A DNA stretch of 62,576 bases from Dehalococcoidia bacterium (GTDB taxonomy: Bacteria; Chloroflexota; Dehalococcoidia; UBA2979), in the NCBI GenBank assembly GCA_019694855.1, contig JAIBBD010000005.1:1-62576 (forward strand), written 5' to 3'. How positions within the stretch are numbered: the stretch's first letter is position 1; each line of letters begins with the position of its first letter. The notes beneath the pieces were generated by a model. That model saw only the letters and a program-made list of their open reading frames with translations, was not told the origin of the DNA and made no database searches. A program made the position numbers and the translations under genes. Shown here piece by piece: positions 8,372-17,634 of the stretch.

Positions 8372-8493
8372 GGAGCGGTGGGTTGTAGAATTTCCGGGCT
8401 CTGCGAAAGGTCCCTCAACTGCCCGGCCAGCTCACCCTCACCCTGGACCGCCTGCGCCGACTCGCGCGCCTGGATCTCGATGTCCTGGACGAA

Positions 8494-9036
8494 GTGGCGA
8501 AGGACGATCGGTCGACCGTCGCCTGCCTCTCGGTCGCCGTAGCATCGACCGTATTGCTCGGCCTCGGGGGGTGGTTGTGGTGGGTCCTCAGCGGCCTGGG
8601 CGATGTGCGCGGCAGCGACTCCGTCTTCGTCAAGAGCGTTATCTTTGGTTCGGTCGCCTCGCTTGGTCTCTGGGGCGTGTGGCTCCTCATCGTCGTCGCC
8701 CTGATGCAGCGGTTTGCGGGCACGATCGTGCAGATCGAGCCGCTCTTGCGCGCGGCGGGGCTTGCCGCCGCCCCACTCGCGTTCGGCTTCCTGATGGTCG
8801 TCCCGGTCGTCTCGTTCGGGATCGGACTCTTCGCGATCGCGGGCTGCGTGCTGCTAACTCAGGCGGCGGTCGAACGGGTGACCGGCGTGCGGGGCGGCGA
8901 GGTGATCTTTGCGAACCTCGCCGGCTTCATCGTCTGGGCCGTGGTGCTCTCGCTGCTGACGACGAGGAGCAATCAGTTCGCACCCGGACCGTTCCTCGCC
9001 GAATCGCTCTGGGACCTCGTCGCCTCGGCGAGTTAA
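8494..9036 (+). CDS. Integral membrane protein, unknown function (possibly Yip1-like)
   Basis: 180-aa ORF with about 5 hydrophobic helices (VACLSVAVASTVLLGLGGWLWWVL, VASLGLWGVWLLIVVALM, LAFGFLMVVPVVSFGIGLFAIAGCVLL, FIVWAVVLSLL). The function is uncertain. Confidence 0.6.
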   Translation: MAKDDRSTVACLSVAVASTVLLGLGGWLWWVLSGLGDVRGSDSVFVKSVIFGSVASLGLWGVWLLIVVALMQRFAGTIVQIEPLLRAAGLAAAPLAFGFLMVVPVVSFGIGLFAIAGCVLLTQAAVERVTGVRGGEVIFANLAGFIVWAVVLSLLTTRSNQFAPGPFLAESLWDLVASAS

Positions 9037-9047
9037 CGGGAGCCCCG

Positions 9048-10103
9048 CTAGGGATACAGCGGCGGACGGTCGAGACCGGCGCGCGGGTCGAGGCCGAACA
9101 TCAGGTTGACGTTCTGCATCGCAGTTCCGCTCTGCCCCTTCAACAGGTTATCGATCGACGACATGACGACCGCCCGCCGTCCGTCCGGAGAAACCTCCAC
9201 CGAGATATCGCAGTAGTTGGAGCCGGCCGTCCCCTTCAACGTCGGCGGCGTCGGCAGCACGCGCACGAACGGCTGGCCGTCGTAGAACTCGCGGTACCGC
9301 TCGAGCAGCTCCTGTTTGCTGGCCGGGCGGGCCAGCACCACGTGCATCGTGCTGAGGATGCCGCGGGTCACACCCAACAGGTGCGGCACGAAATGGACCG
9401 TCGCGGGGCTGCCCGACAGCGCGCCGAGCGTCTGCGACGTTTCGGTCACGTGCTGGTGCGCGAACACGCGGTACGGGACCACATTGTCGTTGAGGTGCGA
9501 GAAGTGCTGCAACGGCGCGGGCTTCTTGCCTGCGCCCGAGGATCCGGTCAGCGCATCGACGATCACTTCATTGCCCTCAACCATGCGGTCCGCGAATAGC
9601 GGCGCGAGGCCGATGATCATCCCGGCGGCGAAGCAGCCCGGATTCCCGACGATTGGCGCCGCCGTGACCCGATCGCCAAAGAGTTCGGGGATGCCGTAGG
9701 CGGCCCGCCCGAGCAAATCCGCCGCGCCGTGCGCGGGATCGGCGATCGAAGGGTGGGCGGCCGCGTACTCGGCGTACTGCTCGGTAGTGCCGAAGCGAAA
9801 GTCACCTGAATAGTCGATGAAGCGGCGCCCGGCGTCGGCAAGCTGCGCCGCGAACCCCATCGAGACGCGGTCAGGCGTTGCGAAGATCACCACATCGCAG
9901 TCGGTTCCAATGACCCCGCTATCCGGCGCTTCAACCGTGAGCGAGCAACGTCCCATCAGGTGCGGATAGACCTCATCGATGCGGCGGCCGGCATCGTCAC
10001 GGGCGACCAGCGATGCGACCTCGAAGTTTGGATGCTGCAGCAGCAGTTCCAGAATGCCGAGTCCGCCGTACCCCGTCGCTCCCACGATCTGTGCTCGATA
10101 CAT
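9048..10103 (-). CDS. argC: N-acetyl-gamma-glutamyl-phosphate reductase
   Basis: [29 protein letters not shown]... with the active-site region [17 protein letters not shown]. Length is 351 aa. Confidence 0.9.
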   Translation of the reverse strand: MYRAQIVGATGYGGLGILELLLQHPNFEVASLVARDDAGRRIDEVYPHLMGRCSLTVEAPDSGVIGTDCDVVIFATPDRVSMGFAAQLADAGRRFIDYSGDFRFGTTEQYAEYAAAHPSIADPAHGAADLLGRAAYGIPELFGDRVTAAPIVGNPGCFAAGMIIGLAPLFADRMVEGNEVIVDALTGSSGAGKKPAPLQHFSHLNDNVVPYRVFAHQHVTETSQTLGALSGSPATVHFVPHLLGVTRGILSTMHVVLARPASKQELLERYREFYDGQPFVRVLPTPPTLKGTAGSNYCDISVEVSPDGRRAVVMSSIDNLLKGQSGTAMQNVNLMFGLDPRAGLDRPPLYP

Positions 10104-10197
10104 CGCTCACCTCGGTCCACCAGGCAGTGAAGCACCAAGAATAGGCGCGCCTTCGAGAGTGCGAAAGTCAGCCCGCGAGCGTGCTACCGTCGGTCTC

Positions 10198-10713
10198 ATG
10201 ACCGGCTGGCGGGCGTACCTGCAGTTGAGCGACGCAGAGCTACTGGCTCAGTGCGAGTTCGACCGCTTCCGCGCGAGCGGGCCCGGCGGACAGAAGAGAA
10301 ACCGCACCGACTCGGCCGTCCGCTTGCGGCATCGGCCGACGGGACTGCAGTCCGAGGCCGTCGAGTCGCGTTCGCAGCACGAGAACCGAGCCCGAGCGCT
10401 CCGCCGTCTGCGACTGACGATCGCGATCGCGCTCCGTGCCCCCAAGGCCGACGCGACCGCCGGGGAGCAGCGCGTCCTGCGCTCGTTGACCGCCGATCCT
10501 CCATCCAGACTCCGTCCGGTCGACTTTAGCAGCGTCGCACTGCTGTTCGATGTCCTCGACGAGCACGCATGGCGGATCAGCGACGCCGCCGACGCGCTGG
10601 AGTTGAGCACCGCCGCCGTAGGCCGGTTCCTCCAGGTCGATCCACGAGTGTGGCGCGCGGCAGCGGAACGCCGTCTCGCGCTCGGGCTCAGTCCCCTCCG
10701 AGCGGGTCGATGA
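10198..10713 (+). CDS. Class-I release factor (RF-1) domain protein with GGQ motif, ArfB-like N-terminus plus distinct C-terminal domain
   Basis: From ATG 10198: [72 protein letters not shown].... The GGQ peptidyl-tRNA hydrolysis motif is present. The upstream part of ORF 9979..10713 overlaps argC and was rejected. Confidence 0.75.
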   Translation: MTGWRAYLQLSDAELLAQCEFDRFRASGPGGQKRNRTDSAVRLRHRPTGLQSEAVESRSQHENRARALRRLRLTIAIALRAPKADATAGEQRVLRSLTADPPSRLRPVDFSSVALLFDVLDEHAWRISDAADALELSTAAVGRFLQVDPRVWRAAAERRLALGLSPLRAGR

Positions 10714-10719
10714 CCTCGA

Positions 10720-11013
10720 TCAGGCCCGCTCGATCGTGGCGGTCAGGCCGTGAGACTGGAGACGGTCGCGGTACAACTCGGCGCGTTCGAGGGGACACTG
10801 AATGGCCTCGGCTTCGCCGAACTGGTGCGCGCGCAGCATGACCTCAATGGCCCGTTCGGGCGTTAGCTCGGGGATGCTCGACAGCAGCGCACGCACGACA
10901 TGCAGCATGTCGTTGACGTCGTCGTTGTGGAGGATCACGCGATACGGTGGGAGCGTCTCGGTGAGAGAGCGATGCGTGGGCGCCGCGACGGGTGCAACGG
11001 GGGTCGTCGTCAT
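10720..11013 (-). CDS. clpS: ATP-dependent Clp protease adaptor ClpS
   Basis: ...LPPYRVILHNDDVNDMLHVVRALLSSIPELTPERAIEVMLRAHQFGEAEAIQCPLERAELYRDRLQSHGLTATIE. The start is taken at ATG 11011-11013. Confidence 0.85.
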   Translation of the reverse strand: MTTTPVAPVAAPTHRSLTETLPPYRVILHNDDVNDMLHVVRALLSSIPELTPERAIEVMLRAHQFGEAEAIQCPLERAELYRDRLQSHGLTATIERA

Positions 11014-11066
11014 GGGCGCATCATTCAACCGCTGCCGGCGCTCGTTCCTGCGACCGAGATAGGCCG

Positions 11067-12404
11067 ATGGATCGGTCGCCACGACGGACACGCCCCGCGC
11101 TGAACCGGCTCGTCGAGCCACTGCAGGAGTTCGTCGCGACCGAGGCGGCCGGCGGTCTCGTCCTGTTAGCCGCGGCCATTGTCGCGCTCGTCTGGGCCAA
11201 TTCGGCCTGGTCGAGTTCGTACGATGATCTCCTCCACCATTACATCGTCGTCGACCTCGGCTTCTACCGCATCGACGAGTCCGTTCACTTCTGGGTGAAC
11301 GATGTCCTGATGGTTCTCTTCTTCTTCCTCGTCGGGATGGAGATCAAGCGAGAACTGGTCATCGGTGAGATCAGCTCGGTGGCGCAAGCATGCGTCCCGC
11401 TGGCGGCCGCGTTGGGCGGTATGATCCTGCCCGTCGCCATCTTCCTCGCCATCGCCGGACGTTCCGAAGGAGGCAACGGCTGGGGCGTGCCGATGGCCAC
11501 GGATATCGCCTTCGCCCTCGGGATCGCGGCTCTCGCCGGCCCCCGGGTGCCGACGGGGCTCAAGGTGCTCGTGCTCGCTCTCGCGATCTTCGACGACCTG
11601 GGCGCGGTGGCGGTGATCGCGGTCGCCTACGGCGAGTCGATTCACTTCGGCCCGCTCGCGCTCGGACTGGCGCTGCTTCTCGCTGTCTATCTCATGAACC
11701 GGGCCGGCGTGCGTGAGCTTTCGCTCTACGTCATCGCAGGCCTGGTGGCCTGGGCGGCGATTGTGAAGTCCGGCGTCCATCCGACCACCGTGGGGGTGGC
11801 TCTCGGCGTGCTCACCCCTCTGGATTCCAGGTACCCACTCGGCCACCTGCGGGAGGAGGCTGAGGCTGTGCTGCGCTCACTTGGCGACGAACGCACGGCG
11901 CATGACCGCCAGACAGGCAGGCACCACCACGCTGAGGCCATCTTGCGGCTGCGGCGGCTCGCAGAGGACGCGGTCGCGCCGCTCATCCGGCTCGAACATG
12001 GACTGAACTACTGGGTTGCGTTCGTTGTGGTGCCGACCTTCGCTCTTGCAAACGCGGGGGTAGACCTTCGAGGTGACACGCTTTCGGGTGCATTCAGCGA
12101 CCCGTTGACGTGGGGGATCGCGCTCGGGTTGGTTCTTGGAAAGCCGCTGGGAATCATCCTCGGGGCATGGATCGCCGTACGCTTGGGGGCACGTCTTCCC
12201 AACGGTGCCACGTGGCGAGGTGTGGTGGCCGTCGGAGCGATCGCCGGCATCGGCTTCACTGTCGCACTGTTCGTGGCCGAGCTTGCCTATGCCGACTCCC
12301 GCCTGCTCGCATTCTCGAAGGTAGCGATCCTCAGCGGGTCAGTCGTGAGTGGTTGCGTGGGCTACATCCTGCTGAAGACGCTGCCAGCCGAGGCAACCAG
12401 CTAA
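11067..12404 (+). CDS. nhaA: Na+/H+ antiporter NhaA
   Basis: LVEPLQEFVATEAAGGLVLLAAAIVALVWANS...HFWVNDVLMVLFFFLVGMEIKRELVIGE...LAIFDDLGAVAVIA. These are classic NhaA motifs. The start is ATG 11067. Confidence 0.9.
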   Translation: MDRSPRRTRPALNRLVEPLQEFVATEAAGGLVLLAAAIVALVWANSAWSSSYDDLLHHYIVVDLGFYRIDESVHFWVNDVLMVLFFFLVGMEIKRELVIGEISSVAQACVPLAAALGGMILPVAIFLAIAGRSEGGNGWGVPMATDIAFALGIAALAGPRVPTGLKVLVLALAIFDDLGAVAVIAVAYGESIHFGPLALGLALLLAVYLMNRAGVRELSLYVIAGLVAWAAIVKSGVHPTTVGVALGVLTPLDSRYPLGHLREEAEAVLRSLGDERTAHDRQTGRHHHAEAILRLRRLAEDAVAPLIRLEHGLNYWVAFVVVPTFALANAGVDLRGDTLSGAFSDPLTWGIALGLVLGKPLGIILGAWIAVRLGARLPNGATWRGVVAVGAIAGIGFTVALFVAELAYADSRLLAFSKVAILSGSVVSGCVGYILLKTLPAEATS

Positions 12405-13915
12405 CGGACTTCCGCCAACAAGTCCCGAACAAGCTCTGAACGCCGGATCTTGCCGTTCGCCGTCCGCGGAAATGAGTCCACGAACCGATACTGATGCGGC
12501 CGTTTGTAGCCTGCCAGGTGCCGCGCCGCGTGCTCGGCCAACTCGCGGTCGGTCAAATCCACGCCGTCTTCCGCAACGATGCAGGCGGTGACGAGTGTCT
12601 TGTCGGCGTCGAGTGGCAGGCCCACGACGGCAACCTCGGCGACCCCCGCACACGTTGACAGGGCCGCCTCGATCTCGATGGGTGACAGCCGGTACCCGAA
12701 CGACTTGATGAGGTCATCGGCTCGTCCGTGGAACCAGACGTAGCCATCGTCGTCCAATGACGCGCGGTCGCCGCCCACGAACCACTCGCCCCGGAACACG
12801 GCCGCCTCTTCATCGGGGCGTCGCCAGTATCCGAGCATCAGTCCGGGGTCCGACCGATGGATTGCAAGGAGACCGACCGCGTCGACTGGGAGCGCCCCGC
12901 CCGTTTCCTCGGACAGGATGGCGACACGCCGGCCGGGCTGCGGCTTCCCCGGCGAACCAGACTTCGTCGGGATCCCGGGGCCGCTCGAAATGTACGTGCT
13001 GCACTCCGTCATTCCGAGCGCCTCGTACAGCTCGGTCCCGACTCGTTCACGCCACATCTGCGCCGTCTCGGGTGGCAACGCCTCGCCCGCGCAGAGTCCG
13101 AACCGAAACCGCGACAGGTCATGGTCTTCGGGCCGACCGTACTTCAGCATCTGCCGGTACACCGTCGGAACCGCCGCGAACACGGTGACGCCATGCGCCT
13201 CGATCAGCCGAGGCCACGAAGCCGGTTCGGTCCCGCTGGCAACGAGGATCGCCCGTGCACCTACGCTCCAGGGGTCCATGAGGCCCACGCCCATGGTGTA
13301 CGACCAGTTGAGCGCTCCAGCGTGCATCACGACGTCGGATGCGCTCAACGACTCCCACGCGTCCCCGACCATGAACGATCTGCCGAGGAGGACGCGCTGT
13401 GCGTGCAGGACGCCTTTTGGCTTCGCGGTGGTGCCCGAGGTGTAGATGAGGTACGCCGGATCCTCAGCGTGGGTTTCTGGCAGCTCCATGCCGCGCACCT
13501 CGTGTCGCAGCTCCTCTGGACTGAACCGTGGGCATGACGCCCTCGAGGGCTGTTCTGCCGGCCATGCGATGACGCCGCTCGCGCCGGAGTCCGACAGTAG
13601 GAAGTCGACCTCCTCCTCGGTGAGCTGCGGAGAGGCCGGGACCGGCACGAGGCCGGCCAGATTCGCGCCGAAAAACGCGAAGGCGTATTCGGCCGAATGA
13701 GGGAGACGAATCAGGACGCGTTCGCCACGTCGAAGATCCCTCGCGAGCAGGCCCTGGGCGTATCGCTCGATCTCCGCCCATGCCTCGGCGTACGTCCAGG
13801 AGCGAACGCCTTCGTCCGAGATGAACGTGAACGCTGGTCTGGAACCAGACTCTGGCGATGCGGCCCGGTTCCCGATGCTGTCTCGCGCGAGGTTGAAGAC
13901 CGGGTTGGCGGTCAC
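12401..13915 (-). CDS. AMP-dependent synthetase/ligase (acyl- or aryl-CoA ligase family)
   Basis: The AMP-binding motif is LIYTSGTTAKPKGVLHAQR. The C-terminal part reads ...GYRLSPIEIEAAL...PRTANGKIRR. The GTG start at 13913-13915 overlaps the stop of the upstream clpS-like gene (GTGA). Confidence 0.9.
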   Translation of the reverse strand: MTANPVFNLARDSIGNRAASPESGSRPAFTFISDEGVRSWTYAEAWAEIERYAQGLLARDLRRGERVLIRLPHSAEYAFAFFGANLAGLVPVPASPQLTEEEVDFLLSDSGASGVIAWPAEQPSRASCPRFSPEELRHEVRGMELPETHAEDPAYLIYTSGTTAKPKGVLHAQRVLLGRSFMVGDAWESLSASDVVMHAGALNWSYTMGVGLMDPWSVGARAILVASGTEPASWPRLIEAHGVTVFAAVPTVYRQMLKYGRPEDHDLSRFRFGLCAGEALPPETAQMWRERVGTELYEALGMTECSTYISSGPGIPTKSGSPGKPQPGRRVAILSEETGGALPVDAVGLLAIHRSDPGLMLGYWRRPDEEAAVFRGEWFVGGDRASLDDDGYVWFHGRADDLIKSFGYRLSPIEIEAALSTCAGVAEVAVVGLPLDADKTLVTACIVAEDGVDLTDRELAEHAARHLAGYKRPHQYRFVDSFPRTANGKIRRSELVRDLLAEVR

Positions 13916-14289
13916 GCGGCCGGCTCCACGACCGCGGACATCGAACCGCGACAGCGACGGACGCGTGGATCCGGCCCGAATGCGTGAATCTGGCGCTGGT
14001 GGCGGGTCACCTGTTCGTGCTGTGCCGTCTCCACGGTCGCGCGGCCCTCGGAATCCACCATGCAGGCGAGCGCAAATGCCTTCTCGGGGTGGTAACCCAG
14101 GATGCGCCCGAGCAGTTCGATCACGTACTGATATGTGTGGTCATCGTCATTCAACAGGACGAGGTGGTAGAGATGTTCCTCGTCCGGCTCTTGGAGTTGC
14201 TCGCGCGTCACATCGGGCGTCGTCGTCTCGTTCGGCACGCGCGTATTCTGCGCTCTGAAAGAAGACGCGGACAACGGAGGCGGGAACAT
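13912..14289 (-). CDS. ClpS paralogue (second Clp adaptor-like protein)
   Basis: ...EEHLYHLVLLNDDDHTYQYVIELLGRILGYHPEKAFALACMVDSEGRATVETAQHEQVTRHQRQIHAFG... shows the ClpS core pattern. The start is ATG 14287-14289 or, alternatively, GTG 14236-14238. The N-terminal part of ORF 13912..14568 was rejected. Confidence 0.75.
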   Translation of the reverse strand: MFPPPLSASSFRAQNTRVPNETTTPDVTREQLQEPDEEHLYHLVLLNDDDHTYQYVIELLGRILGYHPEKAFALACMVDSEGRATVETAQHEQVTRHQRQIHAFGPDPRVRRCRGSMSAVVEPAA

Positions 14290-15413
14290 TGGACGTTGAC
14301 GTCCTCGTCGTCGGCGCCGGGATTGTCGGGCTGGCACTAGCGGCCGAACTCGCCTCCGACTGCTCCGTCGTAGTCGTCGAGCGGCACGCTTCATACGCAC
14401 GTGAAACGAGCTCGCACAACAGCGGCGTGATCCATTCGGGGATCTACTATCAGACGGGCTCGTGGAAGCACCGCCTGTGCCTCGAGGGGAACGCAGCGCT
14501 CTACGACTGGTGCGCCCGGCAAGGCGTAACGCATCAGCGCCTCGGCAAACTGATCGTCGCCACTTCACGCGATGACCTCGAACAGCTGGAGGCGATCGAG
14601 GCGCGGGCGCTCGCGAACGAAGTCCCCGGGGTGCGCCGGTTGAGTGGCCGTGAAGCTCGTTCCCTCGAGCCGCGGATTCCCGCCGTCGAGGCCCTGTTTT
14701 CGGGTACCACCGGCATCGTCGACCAGATGGCGCTCGCGCGCTCGTTCGAAGCGGCGGCCCGACACGGCGGGGCCACGTTCGCCTACCGCCATCGCGCCGT
14801 GGCTGGCCACCGCCGAGGCGGAATGTTTCACGTGAAACTCCTCGATGACGATGATGCGCTCAGCGAGCTGAGCTGCCGGCAGGTCGTGAACGCGGCCGGA
14901 CATGGCGCTCCGCAGGTCGCGGAGGCGCTCGGGTATCCGCTGGACGGCTCCGGCCAGGTCCCCGTGCTGCAACAGCGGCCGAATCGCGGCCGCTACTACG
15001 ACGTGGTGAATCCAACAGTTGCCCGAGGCGTGCGGCACCTCGTCTACCCGGTGAGGCGCGAAGGTGACGCCGGCCTCGGCGTCCACATCACCCTGGATGT
15101 CGATGGAGGAATGCATCTTGGGCCGGACGCGGAGTGGATGACCGCCGAGGAGCCACTCGACTATCGCAACGATGACTCTCGACGCGACGAGTTCGTCAGC
15201 GCGGCCCGGCGACTGCTGCCGACCCTGCGGGACGCTGACCTCGTTCCCGGGCAGGTGGGCTATCGGCCAAAGCTGAGCGACGCGCCGAGTGGCGAGCCCG
15301 ACTTCATGCTCTGGCACGACGAGGGGTACGTGCATCTCGGAGGGATCGAGTCGCCGGGCCTGACAGCGTCGATCGCCATCGCGCGCGCGGTGGCCACGAT
15401 GCTGCGCGAGTGA
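14289..15413 (+). CDS. FAD-dependent oxidoreductase (L-2-hydroxyglutarate oxidase/DAO family-like)
   Basis: The TTG start is followed by DVDVLVVGAGIVGLALAAEL (GxGxxG) ...ETSSHNSGVIHSGIYY.... Length is 374 aa. Confidence 0.8.
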   Translation: MDVDVLVVGAGIVGLALAAELASDCSVVVVERHASYARETSSHNSGVIHSGIYYQTGSWKHRLCLEGNAALYDWCARQGVTHQRLGKLIVATSRDDLEQLEAIEARALANEVPGVRRLSGREARSLEPRIPAVEALFSGTTGIVDQMALARSFEAAARHGGATFAYRHRAVAGHRRGGMFHVKLLDDDDALSELSCRQVVNAAGHGAPQVAEALGYPLDGSGQVPVLQQRPNRGRYYDVVNPTVARGVRHLVYPVRREGDAGLGVHITLDVDGGMHLGPDAEWMTAEEPLDYRNDDSRRDEFVSAARRLLPTLRDADLVPGQVGYRPKLSDAPSGEPDFMLWHDEGYVHLGGIESPGLTASIAIARAVATMLRE

Positions 15414-15436
15414 AGCTCGTCGAGTAGGCTTGAGGC

Positions 15437-15550
15437 ATGAACCTCCTCGAGGATCCGGGACGCTTCTATTGGAAGTGGTTCGCCGTCGCCATCGGCCTGC
15501 TGGTGCTGTATGGGGTCGAGCGATTCATCCGAACAGGCAGCCTCTTCTAG
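15437..15550 (+). CDS. Candidate 37-aa single-TM micro-protein (below ORF-track size cutoff)
   Basis: ATG 15437 to TAG 15548-15550 reads MNLLEDPGRFYWKWFAVAIGLLVLYGVERFIRTGSLF. GC3 is mostly G/C. The stop lies 3 nt before the GTG start of the next gene (15554). Confidence 0.35.
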   Translation: MNLLEDPGRFYWKWFAVAIGLLVLYGVERFIRTGSLF

Positions 15551-15553
15551 AGT

Positions 15554-16609
15554 GTGACCGAGCAGACAACGGCCTCGATCCGGCTCAGCAGCGTCGAACA
15601 GTGGTTGCACTCGCATCTGCGACCCGAAACCGTCGAATCAGCGCGCGGCCTGTACGAACTCATGCCCCTGCAGCGGAATGGCCAGCTGCCGTTCGTTGAC
15701 GTTCCTTACGACCCAAGAAGTGAGGCGCACTGGGCGGACGCCGCACGCGTCGCTGACTACGTCGCCCACCTCCCCGAAGAGGGCAGGAGAGTCCTCGATG
15801 TCGGCCCCGGAGACGGCTGGCCGGCGCTGCCGTTTGCCGCGCAGCGTCCCGATGTAACCGTCGTCGGTGTCGACGCTTCGCCTCTCCGTACTGAGGTATG
15901 CACCTCCAACGCACGACGCCTGGGCCTCGCGAACGCCATGTTCGTCGCGGCGGATGCGGCCCGTCTGCCGTTCGATGACGCCTCATTCGACCTCGTGACT
16001 GCAGCCTCGTCGCTCGAGGAGGCCGCTGACTCAGAGAGCGTGTTACGCGAACTCGTCCGTGTGCTGCGGCCGGGCGGCGTGCTCCGGGCGTCTTATCAGG
16101 ACTGGAAGCTCGGCGTCCCGGGCTTCGAGACAGTGATGCTGTGGAGTGGCGTCGACGTCCTGCTGTACACGTACGTGCGTCGCATCCAGGTGCCGCCGGT
16201 CGAACGGCGGTATACGGTCGTTCTCCCGAAGCACGAACAGACCGAGCGACTGTTCGCTGATGCACTCGCCGATGTGGCCGACGGGAGGCGCGCGTACGGA
16301 GAGACGCTCCTCGACACGGGGACCGGGATCCCCTTGCTCGAACGCCTCTCGCCGTACGCCGAACGCTGCTCGCTCGTAGAGATGCGGAGGTGGGATACCG
16401 CATCCCTCTGCGCTGCGCTCGAGCGTGCCGGGTTTACCTCGGTGCGAGCGACTGTGCATCCGGGCGAACTCGGCAGGCGCTTTGCTCGCGAGATCCTGCG
16501 CGAGGATGCGATGGGTGACTTCGCCGAGCTCTTCCCCGTCGCCACGGCGGCACTCGGCCGCCTCGCCGGGTCGCAAGCGGGGGAGGCAATGATCGCGGCG
16601 GAGCGGTAA
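15554..16609 (+). CDS. Class I SAM-dependent methyltransferase
   Basis: VLDVGPGDGWPALPFAAQRPDVTVVGVDASP...LPFDDASFDLVTAASSLEE...VLRPGGVL. These are SAM-binding motifs I and post-I. The start is uncertain. Confidence 0.75.
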   Translation: MTEQTTASIRLSSVEQWLHSHLRPETVESARGLYELMPLQRNGQLPFVDVPYDPRSEAHWADAARVADYVAHLPEEGRRVLDVGPGDGWPALPFAAQRPDVTVVGVDASPLRTEVCTSNARRLGLANAMFVAADAARLPFDDASFDLVTAASSLEEAADSESVLRELVRVLRPGGVLRASYQDWKLGVPGFETVMLWSGVDVLLYTYVRRIQVPPVERRYTVVLPKHEQTERLFADALADVADGRRAYGETLLDTGTGIPLLERLSPYAERCSLVEMRRWDTASLCAALERAGFTSVRATVHPGELGRRFAREILREDAMGDFAELFPVATAALGRLAGSQAGEAMIAAER

Positions 16610-16629
16610 GCGAGAACGCCAACGAGCAA

Positions 16630-16661
16630 CAGAGAGGCCGCTCCTCAGAGCGGCCTCTCTG
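16630..16661. terminator. GC-rich hairpin between convergent genes (putative bidirectional terminator)
   Basis: cagagaggccgctc-ctca-gagcggcctctctg forms a perfect 14-bp stem with a 4-nt loop, followed by tcttgtt. It lies between the methyltransferase stop (16609) and the permease stop (16685). Confidence 0.6.
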
Positions 16662-16684
16662 TCTTGTTCGAAGAGCCGAGGCGT

Positions 16685-17590
16685 CTAGCGCGAACCTCGC
16701 AGACGCGGGTCGAGGATGTCGCGCACGGTGTCGCCGACCATGTTGAACGCCAGCACGGTCATGCTGATGAAGATGCCGGGGATGATGGCCAGGTACGGGG
16801 CGGTCTCCATGTAGCGACGGCCAGACGTGGCGAGCATGAGGCCCCAGGACGGCGCGGGCGGCTGCGTGCCCAGACCAAGGAAGCTGAGCGACGCGTCGAG
16901 GAGGACGGCGCTCCCCATCGACGACGAAATGAGGATCAGGATCGGAGCGACGACGTTCGGGAGCACGTGTCGCAGCATGATCCGGATGTTCGTCGCCCCG
17001 AGCGTCTTGGCTGCCTCGATATAGATGTTCTGCTTGAGTGAGATGACGGCGCCTCGGATGACTCGCGAGACGTTGGCGGCGGAGACAACGGCGATCGCGA
17101 TGACCGCGTTGCGGAGGCTCGGGCCAAGGACCGAGACAAGCGCCAGGATGAGGACGAGCGCCGGGAGGGCGACCACGCCATCAACGAAGCGCTGGAGAAT
17201 GAGGTCGAGCTTCCCGCCGAAGAACCCGGAAACCAGACCAATCAGCGAACCCGTGCCAACCCCGAGGAACACGGAGAGGATGCCGACCGTCAGAGCCGGG
17301 CGCGACCCGTAGATGACGCGGGTGTACTGATCACGTCCGATGTCGTCCGTGCCAAACGGATGCGTCCAGTTCGGCGACCGGAACGTCTCGATGGAGGTCT
17401 GTAGCGGGTCGTACGGCGTAATCCAGTACGCCGTGATGGCCATGATGATCAGGATCACGATCATCCCGCCGAAGACCGCCCCCACCGGGTTCTTCGCCAC
17501 TCGAATCGTGACGTCGAGAGCGGGATGCCGTTGCTTTCGCTTGAACTGTGCAGCGAGAGCGCCTTCAGCCGAGACGGGTGTGGCAGCCAT
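16685..17590 (-). CDS. ABC transporter permease (DppC/OppC-type, peptide/nickel family)
   Basis: 301 aa. Contains ...PFGTDDIGRDQYTRVIYGSRPALTVGI...EAAKTLGATNIRIMLRHVLPNV..., which includes the BPD_transp_1 EAA loop. Confidence 0.85.
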   Translation of the reverse strand: MAATPVSAEGALAAQFKRKQRHPALDVTIRVAKNPVGAVFGGMIVILIIMAITAYWITPYDPLQTSIETFRSPNWTHPFGTDDIGRDQYTRVIYGSRPALTVGILSVFLGVGTGSLIGLVSGFFGGKLDLILQRFVDGVVALPALVLILALVSVLGPSLRNAVIAIAVVSAANVSRVIRGAVISLKQNIYIEAAKTLGATNIRIMLRHVLPNVVAPILILISSSMGSAVLLDASLSFLGLGTQPPAPSWGLMLATSGRRYMETAPYLAIIPGIFISMTVLAFNMVGDTVRDILDPRLRGSR

Positions 17591-17634
17591 CTATTCCCCC
17601 CAAGTTCTCCCGAATCTTCCTTCGGTGGGCTCGA

